Shown one piece after another: positions 1 to 9,908 of a stretch of DNA of 64,000 bases. Under the pieces are notes generated by a model that was given only the letters and a program-made list of their open reading frames with translations, made no database searches and was not told the origin of the DNA. Within the stretch, counting starts at the first letter, position 1. Each line of letters opens with the position of its first letter. The stretch is from Actinomycetota bacterium (GTDB lineage Bacteria; Actinomycetota; Geothermincolia; Fen-727; Anoxymicrobiaceae). Location of the stretch: positions 8,205 to 72,204 of the forward strand of contig JAHIMR010000065.1 of assembly GCA_018896525.1 (NCBI GenBank). The letters run 5' to 3'. Made by a program: the position numbers and the translations under genes.

Positions 1-678
1 GACCTCTATCATCTTGCTGGAGGGGAACTTCCACCCCGGCGGGCAAGGCGCCAGAAGTTCAATGTACTTCGTCCCCCTTATCTCCCTGGCCTTCAGCATC
101 TTCTGATAGAAGTCGAGCGGGTAGGCCAGTGACGCGGTGGCCACGTAAGGTATCCTGTGGGCTATCATTATCTGGGCGATATCCTTGCGGTGCTGGACCT
201 TCCCCCCGGGAGTTGTCGTGGTCCAGGCCCCGATGGGCGTCGCGCCGCTCCTCTGGGTACCGGTGTTGGAGTACATCTCGTTGTTGTAGCAAACGTAGAT
301 AAAATCCGTCTCCCGCTCGGCGGCGCCCGAGAGGGCCTGTATGCCGATGTCGTAAGTACCCCCGTCGCCCGCCCACATCAGCACTGTCGGCTCCTCCTCC
401 AGTTCACCCCTCTTGACCAGCGCCTTGATCCCGGCGACGACTCCGGAGGCGGTGGCCCCCCCGGTGGCGAACGCGGCGTTCATGAGAGGGAGGTTGATTG
501 CGGAATGTGGGTAGGAGCCCTGAAGGACGGACGTGCACGACGCGACCACCAGCAGTATGGTGTTGGAGCCAAGCGCCTTGAACGCGATGCGCAAGGCGAG
601 GCTGGCCGGACAACCCTGGCAGGCGGTGCTACCGGCCAGAAACAGTTCCTCCTCCGGCAGACTCTTGAAGCTGACCAT
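1..678 (-). CDS. porB: Pyruvate/2-oxoacid:ferredoxin oxidoreductase beta subunit (runs off the window edge)
   Basis: Manual translation from ATG 678: MVSFKSLPEEELFLAGSTACQGCPASLALR...WAGDGGTYDIGIQALSGAAER...YNNEMYSNTGTQRSGATP; TPP-binding GDG...NN motif; follows porA. Confidence 0.9.
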   Translation of the reverse strand, partial: MVSFKSLPEEELFLAGSTACQGCPASLALRIAFKALGSNTILLVVASCTSVLQGSYPHSAINLPLMNAAFATGGATASGVVAGIKALVKRGELEEEPTVLMWAGDGGTYDIGIQALSGAAERETDFIYVCYNNEMYSNTGTQRSGATPIGAWTTTTPGGKVQHRKDIAQIMIAHRIPYVATASLAYPLDFYQKMLKAREIRGTKYIELLAPCPPGWKFPSSKMIEV

Positions 679-711
679 GCTCTATCGATCTCCTTTTCTC
701 TACCGGCCCTG

Positions 712-844
712 TGGGCTGAAAGCCAGTTTCAACCCCGGATGCGGACTAAAGTCCGCTTGCACCTCGGAGGGCGACAGGAACCCCCCCATCCCGGCCTTCC
801 CCTCAGAGGGGGGAAGGAGCGGAGTCGCCCCTCAAGTCGGGGGG
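712..844. repeat. Cluster of REP-like hairpins between porA and porB
   Basis: GGGCTGAAAGCCAGTTTCAACCC, GCGGACTAAAGTCCGC and CCTTCCCCTCAGAGGGGGGAAGG palindromes; the last is enclosed by GAGGGCGAC...GTCGCCCCTC. Confidence 0.6.
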
Positions 845-2056
845 TCAGTCCAGCATCTCCTCGAACCTGCCCAGCATCTCCTTTGTTATCTCATGCGACT
901 TGGTGGAGTGGGAATCGGCCCAGGTGATATCGTCTAACTCGCCTTTCCACGCCTTCACCGCCATCCGCTCTATGAGCTGGTGTGTCACGTCACGGCCGCC
1001 GAGCCCCATTATCAGGTTCCTCACCGGGATGTTCGTCCGTCCGTACAGGACGCCTTTCACCTCGCTGTAGAGCGCTCCGGAAAGACCGTAGGAGTAGTTA
1101 CGGTCCATCACCAGGAGGTCATCCCTGTCCTGGCACAGCCGCCTTATCTCCTCAACCGGGAACGGTCGGAAGAACCGCACCCGCAGCAACCCCACGCTGT
1201 GGCCCTCCTCCCTCAGGGAATCGACCGCGACCCTGCACTCGGCGGCGGCGCTCCCCATCGCCAGTATCAGGTGACGGGCGTCCTCCACACGGTACTCCTC
1301 GACCAGGTCTCCGTGCCACCGCCCGAACATCTCCTCGTACCCCTTTGCCGCCTCTCTAATAATCTCTCTCGCGTTTTCCTGGCCCTCCTTCATCGACTCC
1401 CGGGTCTCACTGAAATCCACCGGGTAGACAACCGAGCCGTGTGTAACCGGCAGGCGGGTGTCGAGTCTCCACCTTGGCCTGTACGGTGGCAGGTAACGTT
1501 TAACCTCCTCCGGGGAAGGAACCTCCGCGTCCATATACGTATGTGACAGCACGAACGCGTCAAGGTTCACCATCATCGGAAGAAGCACGTCCCGGTTTTC
1601 AGTCACCAGGAAAGCCTGTATGACCGTGTCGACGATCTCCTGGTGACTGGAAACGAAAACCTGGAGCCATCCGGTGTCCCGCTGGCTTATGGCATCCTGG
1701 TGGTCGCACCAGATGTTCCAGCCCGGGCCCAGGGCGCGGTTGATGTTGGCCATGACCACCGGGACGCGAATGCCGGCCGCGTAGTGGAGCATCTCGTGCA
1801 TGTATACCAGTCCGTGAGAGGCGGTGGCCGAGAAAGCCCTCACCCCGGTGAGAGACGCGGATATCAGCGCCGCGCAGGCGCTGTGCTCCGACTCCACCGG
1901 TATGTACTCGGCTTCCATCTCGCCTTCAGCTATGAGGTCCGCGATCTTCTCGATGACCTGTGTCTGTGGAGTTATAGGGTAAGCCGGGACCACCTCCACT
2001 CCCGCCGATCTCACCGCCAGCGCCACGAAATGGTTCCCGGTCTCGAGGACCCTCAC
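845..2056 (-). CDS. porA: Pyruvate:ferredoxin oxidoreductase alpha subunit
   Basis: AYPITPQT, VESEHSA, ATASHGL, RFFRPFP motifs; GTG start at 2056 overlaps porD stop (GTGA). Confidence 0.92.
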   Translation of the reverse strand: MRVLETGNHFVALAVRSAGVEVVPAYPITPQTQVIEKIADLIAEGEMEAEYIPVESEHSACAALISASLTGVRAFSATASHGLVYMHEMLHYAAGIRVPVVMANINRALGPGWNIWCDHQDAISQRDTGWLQVFVSSHQEIVDTVIQAFLVTENRDVLLPMMVNLDAFVLSHTYMDAEVPSPEEVKRYLPPYRPRWRLDTRLPVTHGSVVYPVDFSETRESMKEGQENAREIIREAAKGYEEMFGRWHGDLVEEYRVEDARHLILAMGSAAAECRVAVDSLREEGHSVGLLRVRFFRPFPVEEIRRLCQDRDDLLVMDRNYSYGLSGALYSEVKGVLYGRTNIPVRNLIMGLGGRDVTHQLIERMAVKAWKGELDDITWADSHSTKSHEITKEMLGRFEEMLD

Positions 2057-2322
2057 TGCTTCTCCTCCTTGACCATCGTAATCGCCCCTGTGGGGCATTC
2101 CACCGCGCAGATACCACACCCCTTGCAGTACTGATAGTCGATCTCTATATCTTTGGTTATCGTCGCCTCAGGGCAGAAGATCCAGCAAAGCAGGCAGTGG
2201 TTGCACTTCTCCTCGTCCTTGACGGGCTTGAAGACACGCCACTCGCCGGTGTCACCGGCGCACCCTTTTCCCGGCTTCGACATCGATGTCATATAGCCGA
2301 CTTTTTTTTCGTTTTTATCCAA
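2053..2322 (-). CDS. porD: POR delta subunit (2x[4Fe-4S] ferredoxin-like)
   Basis: TGEWRVFKP, CNHCLLCWIFCP and CKGCGICAVECP motifs. Confidence 0.92.
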   Translation of the reverse strand: MDKNEKKVGYMTSMSKPGKGCAGDTGEWRVFKPVKDEEKCNHCLLCWIFCPEATITKDIEIDYQYCKGCGICAVECPTGAITMVKEEKQ

Positions 2323-2370
2323 TCAAGTCACTTCCCTCTAACGCCGGAGGGCGACTTTTATAGGCGCCCC

Positions 2371-2937
2371 TCAAGTCGGGGTTGCCCGCGTGACCTCCTC
2401 AAACCCGCGCGTTACCGCGCTCCTGTACGCCTCAGGTCTCCCGGTCTTGTCCGCGATGGGCGATATGACCTCCATCGCCACCTCTAATGAAGCGGCCCCT
2501 GACTGTCTGGCCACCGCCCCGAACAGCGGCAGGTTGACCATCGGCATGCCGTCTATCTCCAGGCCCAGGTCGATGGCGATGCCGGTCGCGTCTACGCTGT
2601 AGACGTCCCGGCCGTACTCCGACGCCAACCGGTGGGCGAGTTCCTCTCCCCCGTTGATCAGGAATCGGCCATCCGGCGATATCCCCTCCTCCAGGGCGAC
2701 GGGAACCTGGTCGCGGTTCATCACCAGCAGGAGGTCCGGGCTGTAGACCTGGCTGCGCACGAATATCGCCTCTTCGCTGATTCGAAGGAAAGCCTTGACC
2801 GGTGAGCCGCGGCGCTCAGCGGCGAAAAAGTAGGACGCCTGCACGTGCAAGCCCTGCGCGTACCCCGCCCTGGCAACCCAGGTAACGAGGGTTACGGCAC
2901 CCTGCCCCCCCAGCCCATGCACCCTTATCTCAAGCAA
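2371..2937 (-). CDS. porC: POR gamma subunit
   Basis: EIRVHGLGGQGAVT, AERRGSPV, VDATGIA motifs. Confidence 0.92.
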   Translation of the reverse strand: MLEIRVHGLGGQGAVTLVTWVARAGYAQGLHVQASYFFAAERRGSPVKAFLRISEEAIFVRSQVYSPDLLLVMNRDQVPVALEEGISPDGRFLINGGEELAHRLASEYGRDVYSVDATGIAIDLGLEIDGMPMVNLPLFGAVARQSGAASLEVAMEVISPIADKTGRPEAYRSAVTRGFEEVTRATPT

Positions 2938-3030
2938 CTCTCCGTACCTCTCTCACCGTAAACATAAAACCGCCGTCACAGGCCAGCACCCAGGCGGCAG
3001 ATAATATTAGCACGAAGGGTGGACCGGCAT

Positions 3031-3894
3031 TCAATCGTTCTCGCCGCCGTCCCTGCCCGACGGCTTCCTCCTGCGACCCTTCTTCACGCGTTGTTCCTTG
3101 CGCGACGCCAATTCCTTGATGGGCACCTCGATCCTGCGGCCCGCTTCCAGTTCCACGGCCACCATCCCCCGCGGAACCTGGTATCCAAGCACCCTGCCCT
3201 TTCCCTGTTCGGTTTCAACATGGCTTCCGATTGACGGGGCGCGTGAGTTGAAATCCCGGTAGGCCTCGACCTCGTACTTAAGGCAGCACATCAGCCGGCC
3301 GCAAATACCGCTGATCTTGGACGGGTTCAGGGGGAGGTCCTGCTCCTTGGCCATCTTGATGGAAACGGGATCGAAATCCAACAGGAACAGACTGCAACAG
3401 AGGTCCCTCCCGCACGGGCCGAGACCCCCGACCATCTTCGCCTCGTCGCGGACACCGACCTGGCGGAGCTCTATGCGTGCCTTGAGCTGGGACGCGAGGT
3501 CCTTGACCAGTTCCCGGAAGTCAACCCGCCCTTCCGCGGTGAAGTAGAAGACGATGCTGCTCCCGTCGAACACATACTCTACGTTCACCACCTTCATAAG
3601 AAGGCCGTGCTTCTTGATCAACCCGCGCGCGGCCCGGTAGGCTTCCTCCTTCCGATAAACGTTCTTCCGCTGGCGCTCCCTGTCGCTGGGAGTCGCCCTG
3701 CGCATGATCTTCTTGAGTGTCTCACCCATCTCTTCGGAGTAGACCTCCCTTATAGGCGACACCACCCGGCCGTAGCCGACACCCCTGGCCACCGGCACTA
3801 TGACCTCGTCCCCGGGCACCAGGGTAAGCCCCTCGGGGTCGTACAGATGCGCTTTCCCGCCGGGTTGAAAAGATACCCGCACCACCTTAGGCAT
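3031..3894 (-). CDS. ricT: PSP1-domain protein (RicT/YaaT family)
   Basis: FYFTAEGRVDFRELVKDLA, GGLGPCGRDLCC, SKISGICGRLMCCLKYE; typical position after holB. Confidence 0.88.
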   Translation of the reverse strand: MPKVVRVSFQPGGKAHLYDPEGLTLVPGDEVIVPVARGVGYGRVVSPIREVYSEEMGETLKKIMRRATPSDRERQRKNVYRKEEAYRAARGLIKKHGLLMKVVNVEYVFDGSSIVFYFTAEGRVDFRELVKDLASQLKARIELRQVGVRDEAKMVGGLGPCGRDLCCSLFLLDFDPVSIKMAKEQDLPLNPSKISGICGRLMCCLKYEVEAYRDFNSRAPSIGSHVETEQGKGRVLGYQVPRGMVAVELEAGRRIEVPIKELASRKEQRVKKGRRRKPSGRDGGEND

Positions 3895-5011
3895 AGAGCA
3901 CTCCCTTTATGCCCAGCATGGTGCTCTCAATATTCAGTTGCGCCGGAACGTTCTGTTCCGCGGCCCTCATGCTCTCTCCAATCATGTCCATGCACTCCAG
4001 CAGATCCCACTCGCCTAGGAATCCCGACTCGGAGGCTATCTCATCCTCCATGTCCCTGTTTATCAGGAGCGCGGCATCGCCACCTTCCCCCCATATTAGA
4101 ATATCACGATACCACCAGGAGATCGTTGACAGGACCTCCTTGACGCCCCGTATCTCCTCCTTCACCTGCTCACGCCGGCACTCCTCGTCCAGGTTCTTGC
4201 TCAGTGACTTCACCGTTCCGTTATCGAGGGAACCGTCGGCCAAGCCGTCCTTTTTCTCCTTGTAGCGTGACACCAGTTCGTCCACCGGCGCACGCACATC
4301 CCTGAACAGCTCGGCCGCCATCTCCAGTATCTGGTTGATGTCCGCCCTTCGCAGGGCCCGTGTCGCCCTTATCACGTTGTCCCGCCTGGCCAGGCGCCAC
4401 GGTTCGTCACACCAGTCCAGCGCCCTCCCCAGCACACCGCCGGTCAGCCGCACCACCAGGTCCGCCCTGTCGGGGGAAATGTCCCTGGTGGAGAGAAGAT
4501 GCTCCTTCAGTTCGTCCGGGGGGATGCGCGTGAACCGTATCTCCTGGCAGCGCGAGAGAATAGTGGGAAGCAGCGCCCCGGGGTTCGCGGTCACCAGTAT
4601 GAAAACGATGTTGCCAGGCGGCTCCTCGAGCACCTTCAGCAGCGTCGAGGCGCCCTCCTCCCACATCCTCTCCGCGTTCTTGATGATAAACACCTTAATG
4701 TCGGACTCGATAGGCTTGCGGAACGCGTCCAGCCGTATCTCGCGTATTTTCTCCACCGGAATGTTCTTCCCCGCGGGCCTCACCACGGTCACGTCAGGAT
4801 GCTTTTCGGTGATAACCCTCCTGCAGATGTTGCACTCACCACAACCGTTGTCGGGACACAGCAAGGCGGCGGCAAATGCGCGGGCCACTATGAACTTCCC
4901 CACCGCGGATGGTCCGGTAAATAGGTAAGCGTGGTTGATGTTCCCCTGCTCGACCGCTCTCTGAAGGCTCGACTTGGCCGCCCGGTGGCCCACCACCTCG
5001 TCGAAGAGCAT
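3887..5011 (-). CDS. holB: DNA polymerase III subunit delta'
   Basis: HAYLFTGPSAVGK, C-x4-CGECNIC zinc motif, HPD, LLKVLEEPP, TILSRC. Confidence 0.92.
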   Translation of the reverse strand: MLFDEVVGHRAAKSSLQRAVEQGNINHAYLFTGPSAVGKFIVARAFAAALLCPDNGCGECNICRRVITEKHPDVTVVRPAGKNIPVEKIREIRLDAFRKPIESDIKVFIIKNAERMWEEGASTLLKVLEEPPGNIVFILVTANPGALLPTILSRCQEIRFTRIPPDELKEHLLSTRDISPDRADLVVRLTGGVLGRALDWCDEPWRLARRDNVIRATRALRRADINQILEMAAELFRDVRAPVDELVSRYKEKKDGLADGSLDNGTVKSLSKNLDEECRREQVKEEIRGVKEVLSTISWWYRDILIWGEGGDAALLINRDMEDEIASESGFLGEWDLLECMDMIGESMRAAEQNVPAQLNIESTMLGIKGVLYA

Positions 5012-5016
5012 GATTC

Positions 5017-5180
5017 AGTACCCCGCTCCATAGATACGCTGGCATTCGAACGCCGCTGCATCCACACCGGCTGCGTTCCGCTCCCTCGAAGTACTACAGA
5101 AGTACGTCTCGGTCCCGCGCCTTGCCGGAGCGGCGCTTCGACGCTCTCTGTGCTTAACCGTATCCATGGAACGAGGCACT
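5017..5180. mobile_element. 164-bp structured MITE-like repeat, copy 1 (tmk-holB)
   Basis: Imperfect 20-bp TIRs AGTACCCCGCTCCATAGATA / TATCCATGGAACGAGGCACT; near-identical to copies at 57635 and 61624. Confidence 0.85.
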
Positions 5181-5181
5181 A

Positions 5182-5853
5182 CTAACTCTCCTGCATAACT
5201 CTATTGACCTCCAAGAGTACCCGCTTGTGGACCGCCCCGGGGTTCCCCCGCGCGTCTACCAGCACAAACCGGGGATGAATCCTCTCCAGCATGTCGTAGG
5301 CATTCCGGACGTTACGGTGAAACTCCAGTGATTCCAGCTCGATTCGATCCCGCTCGAGTTCACCGGCCCTTTTCAGCCCCTCCTCCAGGGGCAGGTCCAG
5401 CATAATGGTGAGATCCGGCTCGAGTTCACCGGTAGCCCATTCGTTGAGGTTCTTTACCGCCTCCAGGCCGCAACCTCTTCCCACGCCCTGATACGCCAGT
5501 GAGCTGTCAACGTAACGGTCGGCAACAACTATTTTTTTCGCCTGGAGCGCGGGGCGCACGACATCCCTGATCTGCTGCGCCCGGTCCGCCGCGAACAGCA
5601 GCGCCTCGGTAATGGGAGCGATGTCGCCCAGGCGGGTGTCTAACAGTATCTCCCGTATCTTCTCCCCCACGGCCGTCCCGCCGGGCTCTCGCACCATCAC
5701 CACTTCCCGGCCCTCCAGGCGCAGGTGCTCGGCGATCATCTCGGCCTGCGTGGTCTTGCCACATCCCTCGGTTCCCTCGAACGTGATGAACTTTCCCTTT
5801 TTTTCCTCGAACTCCTCGGCACCTGAAAGCGATTCGGCGTCTTTTTTCATCAT
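5182..5853 (-). CDS. tmk: Thymidylate kinase
   Basis: FITFEGTEGCGKTTQ, REPGGT, DRYVDSSLAYQG; ATG 5853 with GGAGG RBS. Confidence 0.95.
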   Translation of the reverse strand: MMKKDAESLSGAEEFEEKKGKFITFEGTEGCGKTTQAEMIAEHLRLEGREVVMVREPGGTAVGEKIREILLDTRLGDIAPITEALLFAADRAQQIRDVVRPALQAKKIVVADRYVDSSLAYQGVGRGCGLEAVKNLNEWATGELEPDLTIMLDLPLEEGLKRAGELERDRIELESLEFHRNVRNAYDMLERIHPRFVLVDARGNPGAVHKRVLLEVNRVMQES

Positions 5854-5915
5854 TGCTCCTCCCGTAACCTGATACTTCTGAAGGTCGCGACCCCTGCCAA
5901 CCCTTATTTTACTAC

Positions 5916-6076
5916 TGTTCCGTCTCATAAGTACGGTGACGCACCGAGAGCGTCGGTGCGCCGCGCCGGCAAGGCGCGCGACCAAGGCGTACTCCCTGAG
6001 TACGTCGCAGGGAGCGGAACGCAGCAGGAGCGGATGCAGCGGCGTTCGAATGCCATTGTACTTATGAGACGGGACA
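5916..6076. mobile_element. MITE-like repeat, copy 2 (diverged; fumarase beta-tmk)
   Basis: Same core in opposite orientation to copy 1; TIRs TGTTCCGTCTCATAAGTAC / GTACTTATGAGACGGGACA with compensatory changes; abuts the TAA at 6077-6079. Confidence 0.8.
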
Positions 6077-6637
6077 TTACTTGTCGCGCCGGTACAGCGC
6101 GCGTTGCGCGGCGAGGTGATCGCGCCCGGCGGAGTCGATGGCCACCACCGCCGGGAAGTCGTTCAGAGAGACCCTGCGCACCGCCTCCGGCCCCAGGTCC
6201 TCCCAGGCGACCATCTCGATGCCATCCACCCGGGAGCCAAGTAGAGCGGCGACCCCCCCCACCACGGTGAAGTAGATTGCGCCGTGCTCCCGGTGCTTCG
6301 CCCCGGCCTCCTCCCCAAGGGGTCCCTTCCCCAGGACCGCGACAACGCCGCTGTCCAGGAGAAGCGGCAGGAACCGGTCCATGCGCGCCGACGTTGTGGG
6401 GCCTATCGCGGCGCACGGCCTCCCCGCGCCCGGAGGGGTAGGGGCGGCGTAGAAGACCAGTTGCCCGGCGAGGTCGAACGGAGGCTCGTCGCCGGCGGCG
6501 GCCAGCGCCTCCATCCTGGCCAGTGCCGCGTCGCGAAGCGTCAGCACGTCGCCGGTGAGCAGGACCTCATCCCCGGCGACAAGGCCCTCGAGCGCTCCCG
6601 GCTCAGGTGGCAGCGTTAGCCTCTTCAACCACCTCAC
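6077..6637 (-). CDS. Fe-S hydro-lyase (class I fumarase/tartrate dehydratase) beta subunit
   Basis: LTLRDAA, IGPTTSARMD, LGKG, WEDLGPEAV, FPAVVAIDSAG motifs. Confidence 0.9.
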   Translation of the reverse strand: MRWLKRLTLPPEPGALEGLVAGDEVLLTGDVLTLRDAALARMEALAAAGDEPPFDLAGQLVFYAAPTPPGAGRPCAAIGPTTSARMDRFLPLLLDSGVVAVLGKGPLGEEAGAKHREHGAIYFTVVGGVAALLGSRVDGIEMVAWEDLGPEAVRRVSLNDFPAVVAIDSAGRDHLAAQRALYRRDK

Positions 6638-8066
6638 CCCCTTCTCCGTAGCCGGAGTTAAAGTATCTATGGAGCGACCTTATTGAGAATACACCGCCGA
6701 TAATCACCAGTGCTCCCCCCACCATCAGAGCGAGCATCGCGGGGTAGACGCTCTTGGTCATTATCCCCAGGTCCACGCTTTTGTATACAGGGTTGTCCGC
6801 GGTCCACGGAATCCACTTCTCAAGAAGCCATGCCAGCAGCGCGAATACCCCCATCGACACCAGCATGCAGGTGCGCATTATCGTCTGCAGCGCGGCGAAC
6901 ACCCTGCCCCGCACCTCGGGTGCGAGGTTCTTATGCAGCATGGTGTAGGCGGTCACTATCAGGTAGCCCAGGAACACGCCGCCGGTGGCGATCACCAGCA
7001 GGGAGAGCGGGTAAAAATCCACCAGCGCGAAAGCTACCATCGCCACCCCGAAGCCGACCACCGCGCGGCCGAACCACTTCTCAACTGGAAACCTCTTTCC
7101 CGCCCAGGGGGCCACTGCCGCCCCGACCACGACCCCGCAGAGGAGGACGGTAAGTATCAGCGTGAACTGCTCCCCGACCGCACCCATGACCTGCTCGGCG
7201 AACGGCGCGCCCAGTATGTAAAGGGAGCCGCCGCCTATGAAGCCGATTACCATTACCCCCAGGATGGAGCGCGTGAGTTGGTTCTCCCACATATAACGCA
7301 GGCCTTCTTTCAGGTCTGCCCATATGTGCGATGAAGAGATCTCGGGCCTCTTCTCCCACCGCCGGGGGAAAGCGATGGTGAATATCAACATCGCGGAGGC
7401 GAGGAACGTCAGCGCGTCAACGATGAACGCGAACCGGTGCTGGAACTGCGCCATCTCCGTCATGTTGGAGACAAACGGAAAGTACCTGTATATCAGGGCC
7501 GCGAAACCGAGTATCACGGTGGCTATCATCGTGCCCAGCGCCATGGTGAGGTAGGTGCTGGTGGACATCAGGGAGTTTGCGGTCATCACGTCCTTTGGTT
7601 TGACCAGGTCGGGGATGGAGGCGTCCCTGGCGGGGCCGAACAGCAATGTGAAGCACTCTATTCCAAACACCAGCCCGCAGATCATCGCCAGTGAGTTTGA
7701 GAACGCGAGGAAGATCACCAGCACCGCCCGGGCGATCTCGCTGAAGATCATAATGGTCTTGCGCTCCAGCCGGTCCACCACGACCCCGGCGACAAGTCCG
7801 AAGAGGAACGCGGGCAGAAACCGGAAGAACATCATCCAGAAAAGACCACTCGACCCGCCCAGGCGGTTGACGGCGTCGAGGAGCACCCCCACGATGACCC
7901 AGTCACCGATGCCCGAAATTCCCTGCCCGATCCACAGGGCGCGGAAGCCCCGGTTGCCCAGCACCTTGCGGAACCCGGTTATCTCCAGCGCCACCCCGGC
8001 GCTGGGATTCTCCCCATCCCCTCCTGTCTCACCTGCCCGCGATGTATCGTTTGCTTCTTCATCCAC
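6603..8066 (-). CDS. MFS transporter (MFS_3-like)
   Basis: ~12 hydrophobic segments; FRALWIGQGISGIGDW, AGVVVDRLERK, RGRVFA motifs. Confidence 0.88.
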   Translation of the reverse strand: MDEEANDTSRAGETGGDGENPSAGVALEITGFRKVLGNRGFRALWIGQGISGIGDWVIVGVLLDAVNRLGGSSGLFWMMFFRFLPAFLFGLVAGVVVDRLERKTIMIFSEIARAVLVIFLAFSNSLAMICGLVFGIECFTLLFGPARDASIPDLVKPKDVMTANSLMSTSTYLTMALGTMIATVILGFAALIYRYFPFVSNMTEMAQFQHRFAFIVDALTFLASAMLIFTIAFPRRWEKRPEISSSHIWADLKEGLRYMWENQLTRSILGVMVIGFIGGGSLYILGAPFAEQVMGAVGEQFTLILTVLLCGVVVGAAVAPWAGKRFPVEKWFGRAVVGFGVAMVAFALVDFYPLSLLVIATGGVFLGYLIVTAYTMLHKNLAPEVRGRVFAALQTIMRTCMLVSMGVFALLAWLLEKWIPWTADNPVYKSVDLGIMTKSVYPAMLALMVGGALVIIGGVFSIRSLHRYFNSGYGEGGEVVEEANAAT

Positions 8067-8078
8067 GGTGAGCAGCCC

Positions 8079-8921
8079 CTATATGGTAATTACCTTGCGC
8101 CGTAGCGAGTGACAGTTAACGGAGAGCGCCACCGGCAGCGTGGCCATGTGGCACGGGGCCTCGAGTATCCTCGCTCCGATGCAGGTGACGGTGCCGCCGA
8201 GCGCGCCCGGCCCAATGCCCATCCGGTTTACCGCCTCGACCAACTCCTCCTCGTGGCCCGATACCACCGGGTCGGGGTTCTTCTCGTCCAGGGGAGTGAG
8301 CAGTGCCCTCTTCGCCAGTTTCGGGGCCACGTCAAAGCTCCCGCCTATGCCTACCCCCAGCACCAGGGGCGGGCAGGCCCCGGCCCCTTTTTCCTCTACC
8401 GCCTCGAGAATAAACTCAAGTACTCCACGCCAGCCGGCCCCGGGAGGCAGCATCACCATGCCCGATGCCATCTCGCATCCCCCTCCCTTGGCCAGTACCC
8501 CCAGCGTGGTTTCGTCACCACCTGAGACGCACACTTCCAGGAGTGGGGGCGTGTTGTCACCGGTATTCTCCCGCCCGCGGGCGGGATCCTCCACCACCGA
8601 GGGGCGGAGCGAACAACGCTTTGTGGCCCTGGCCAGCGCCGCGGACGCCTCGGCCGCGAACTCCCCGTCCAGGGCGGTGCCGGTGCCAAGCGTTAGGTAA
8701 ACCGTGAACACCCCGGTGTCCTGGCACAGCGGAACTCCGAGCCTTCGCGCCTCATCGGCGTTCTCCAGTATCATGTCTATCACGCTACGCCCGGTGGGGG
8801 ATTCCTCGCTGACGCGGTAAAGTGAAAGGGCCTCCACGACATCCGGGGGGAGTTCGGTAGACACCTCCTCGCACAGCGATTCGACCATGTGGCCGAGCCT
8901 GCGGGCGGAAAGCACTCTCAT
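8079..8921 (-). CDS. Fe-S hydro-lyase (class I fumarase) alpha subunit
   Basis: PLCQDTG, NTGDNTP, KGGGCE, ACPPLVLGVGIGG, GIGPGALGG, NCH motifs. Confidence 0.9.
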   Translation of the reverse strand: MRVLSARRLGHMVESLCEEVSTELPPDVVEALSLYRVSEESPTGRSVIDMILENADEARRLGVPLCQDTGVFTVYLTLGTGTALDGEFAAEASAALARATKRCSLRPSVVEDPARGRENTGDNTPPLLEVCVSGGDETTLGVLAKGGGCEMASGMVMLPPGAGWRGVLEFILEAVEEKGAGACPPLVLGVGIGGSFDVAPKLAKRALLTPLDEKNPDPVVSGHEEELVEAVNRMGIGPGALGGTVTCIGARILEAPCHMATLPVALSVNCHSLRRKVITI

Positions 8922-9853
8922 CAGAATAGACCATCCGGGAGGTCAGAAACCCTCTTCCTGACGCCTTCCGCCGCGCGCCCCAGCATCCGGCGCTCCCCAT
9001 CGGATAGAGAAAACTCAACGACCTCGGCGACTCCGCCCCGGCCCAACCGCGCCGGAACACCCAGGAACAGCCCGCTTATCCCGTACTCTCCGCCCAGAAA
9101 CGCCGAAACCGGCAGCACGTCCCCGGTGTCGGTAAGGATTGCCATCGCCATGACCCCTACGGAAACCGCCGGGGCGAAGTATGCGCTTCCGCTCTTCAGG
9201 TGACTCACGATCTCGGCGCCGCCGCCGCGGGTGCGCTCCACCACTTCAGCCAGCGTGTCGGGCTCAACCGACTCGCTGAGCGACTCGCCCCCCGATCTTG
9301 ACCAGTCCACCAGCGGCACCATGTCGTCCCCGTGCGTCCCCAGCACCATGGCCTCGACATCGCTCGCGGGGCGAGACGCTATCCGGTTCAGGAAGCAGAA
9401 GAAACGTGACGTGTCCAGGACTCCCGCCATCCCCATTATCTTGCGCTCGGGAAAGGAACCCGCCTTCCAGGCGAGATAGGTCATCTCGTCAACCGGGTTG
9501 GTCACCACCACTACCACGGCGCCAGGCGCGGACCGCGCGGTTTCCCTGGCGATAGACGTCACGATCGGCGCGTTCCGGGATGTCAGGTCGGACCGGGACA
9601 TGCCTGGCAGGCGGGGATGGCCCGCGGTGATTATCACCATGTCGGAATCAGCTACCGCCCCCGGGTCTGCCCCACCCTCCAGGCGGGAGCACGAATCCGT
9701 ATACTGAAGAGACTGCTCGATGTCCAGCGCCAGCCCGCGGGCCCTGCCCTCCTCCACATCGACCAGCGCCACCTCCACGCTCGATGAAAGAGCAAGATAG
9801 AAAGCGGTGGTGGCGCCTACGTGGCCCGCGCCGAATATAGTTACCTTGTCCAT
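8921..9853 (-). CDS. mdh: Malate dehydrogenase (LDH-like)
   Basis: KVTIFGAGHVG, ITAGHPRLPGMSRSDL, VTNPVD, GVLDTSRF, GTHGDDMVP, GSAYFAP; ATG at 9853. Confidence 0.9.
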   Translation of the reverse strand: MDKVTIFGAGHVGATTAFYLALSSSVEVALVDVEEGRARGLALDIEQSLQYTDSCSRLEGGADPGAVADSDMVIITAGHPRLPGMSRSDLTSRNAPIVTSIARETARSAPGAVVVVVTNPVDEMTYLAWKAGSFPERKIMGMAGVLDTSRFFCFLNRIASRPASDVEAMVLGTHGDDMVPLVDWSRSGGESLSESVEPDTLAEVVERTRGGGAEIVSHLKSGSAYFAPAVSVGVMAMAILTDTGDVLPVSAFLGGEYGISGLFLGVPARLGRGGVAEVVEFSLSDGERRMLGRAAEGVRKRVSDLPDGLF

Positions 9854-9908
9854 GCCGTCCTCATTATTAGCTGGAACGCGACCCCTCCTCCTCCCCGGTA
9901 CCCGGCTC

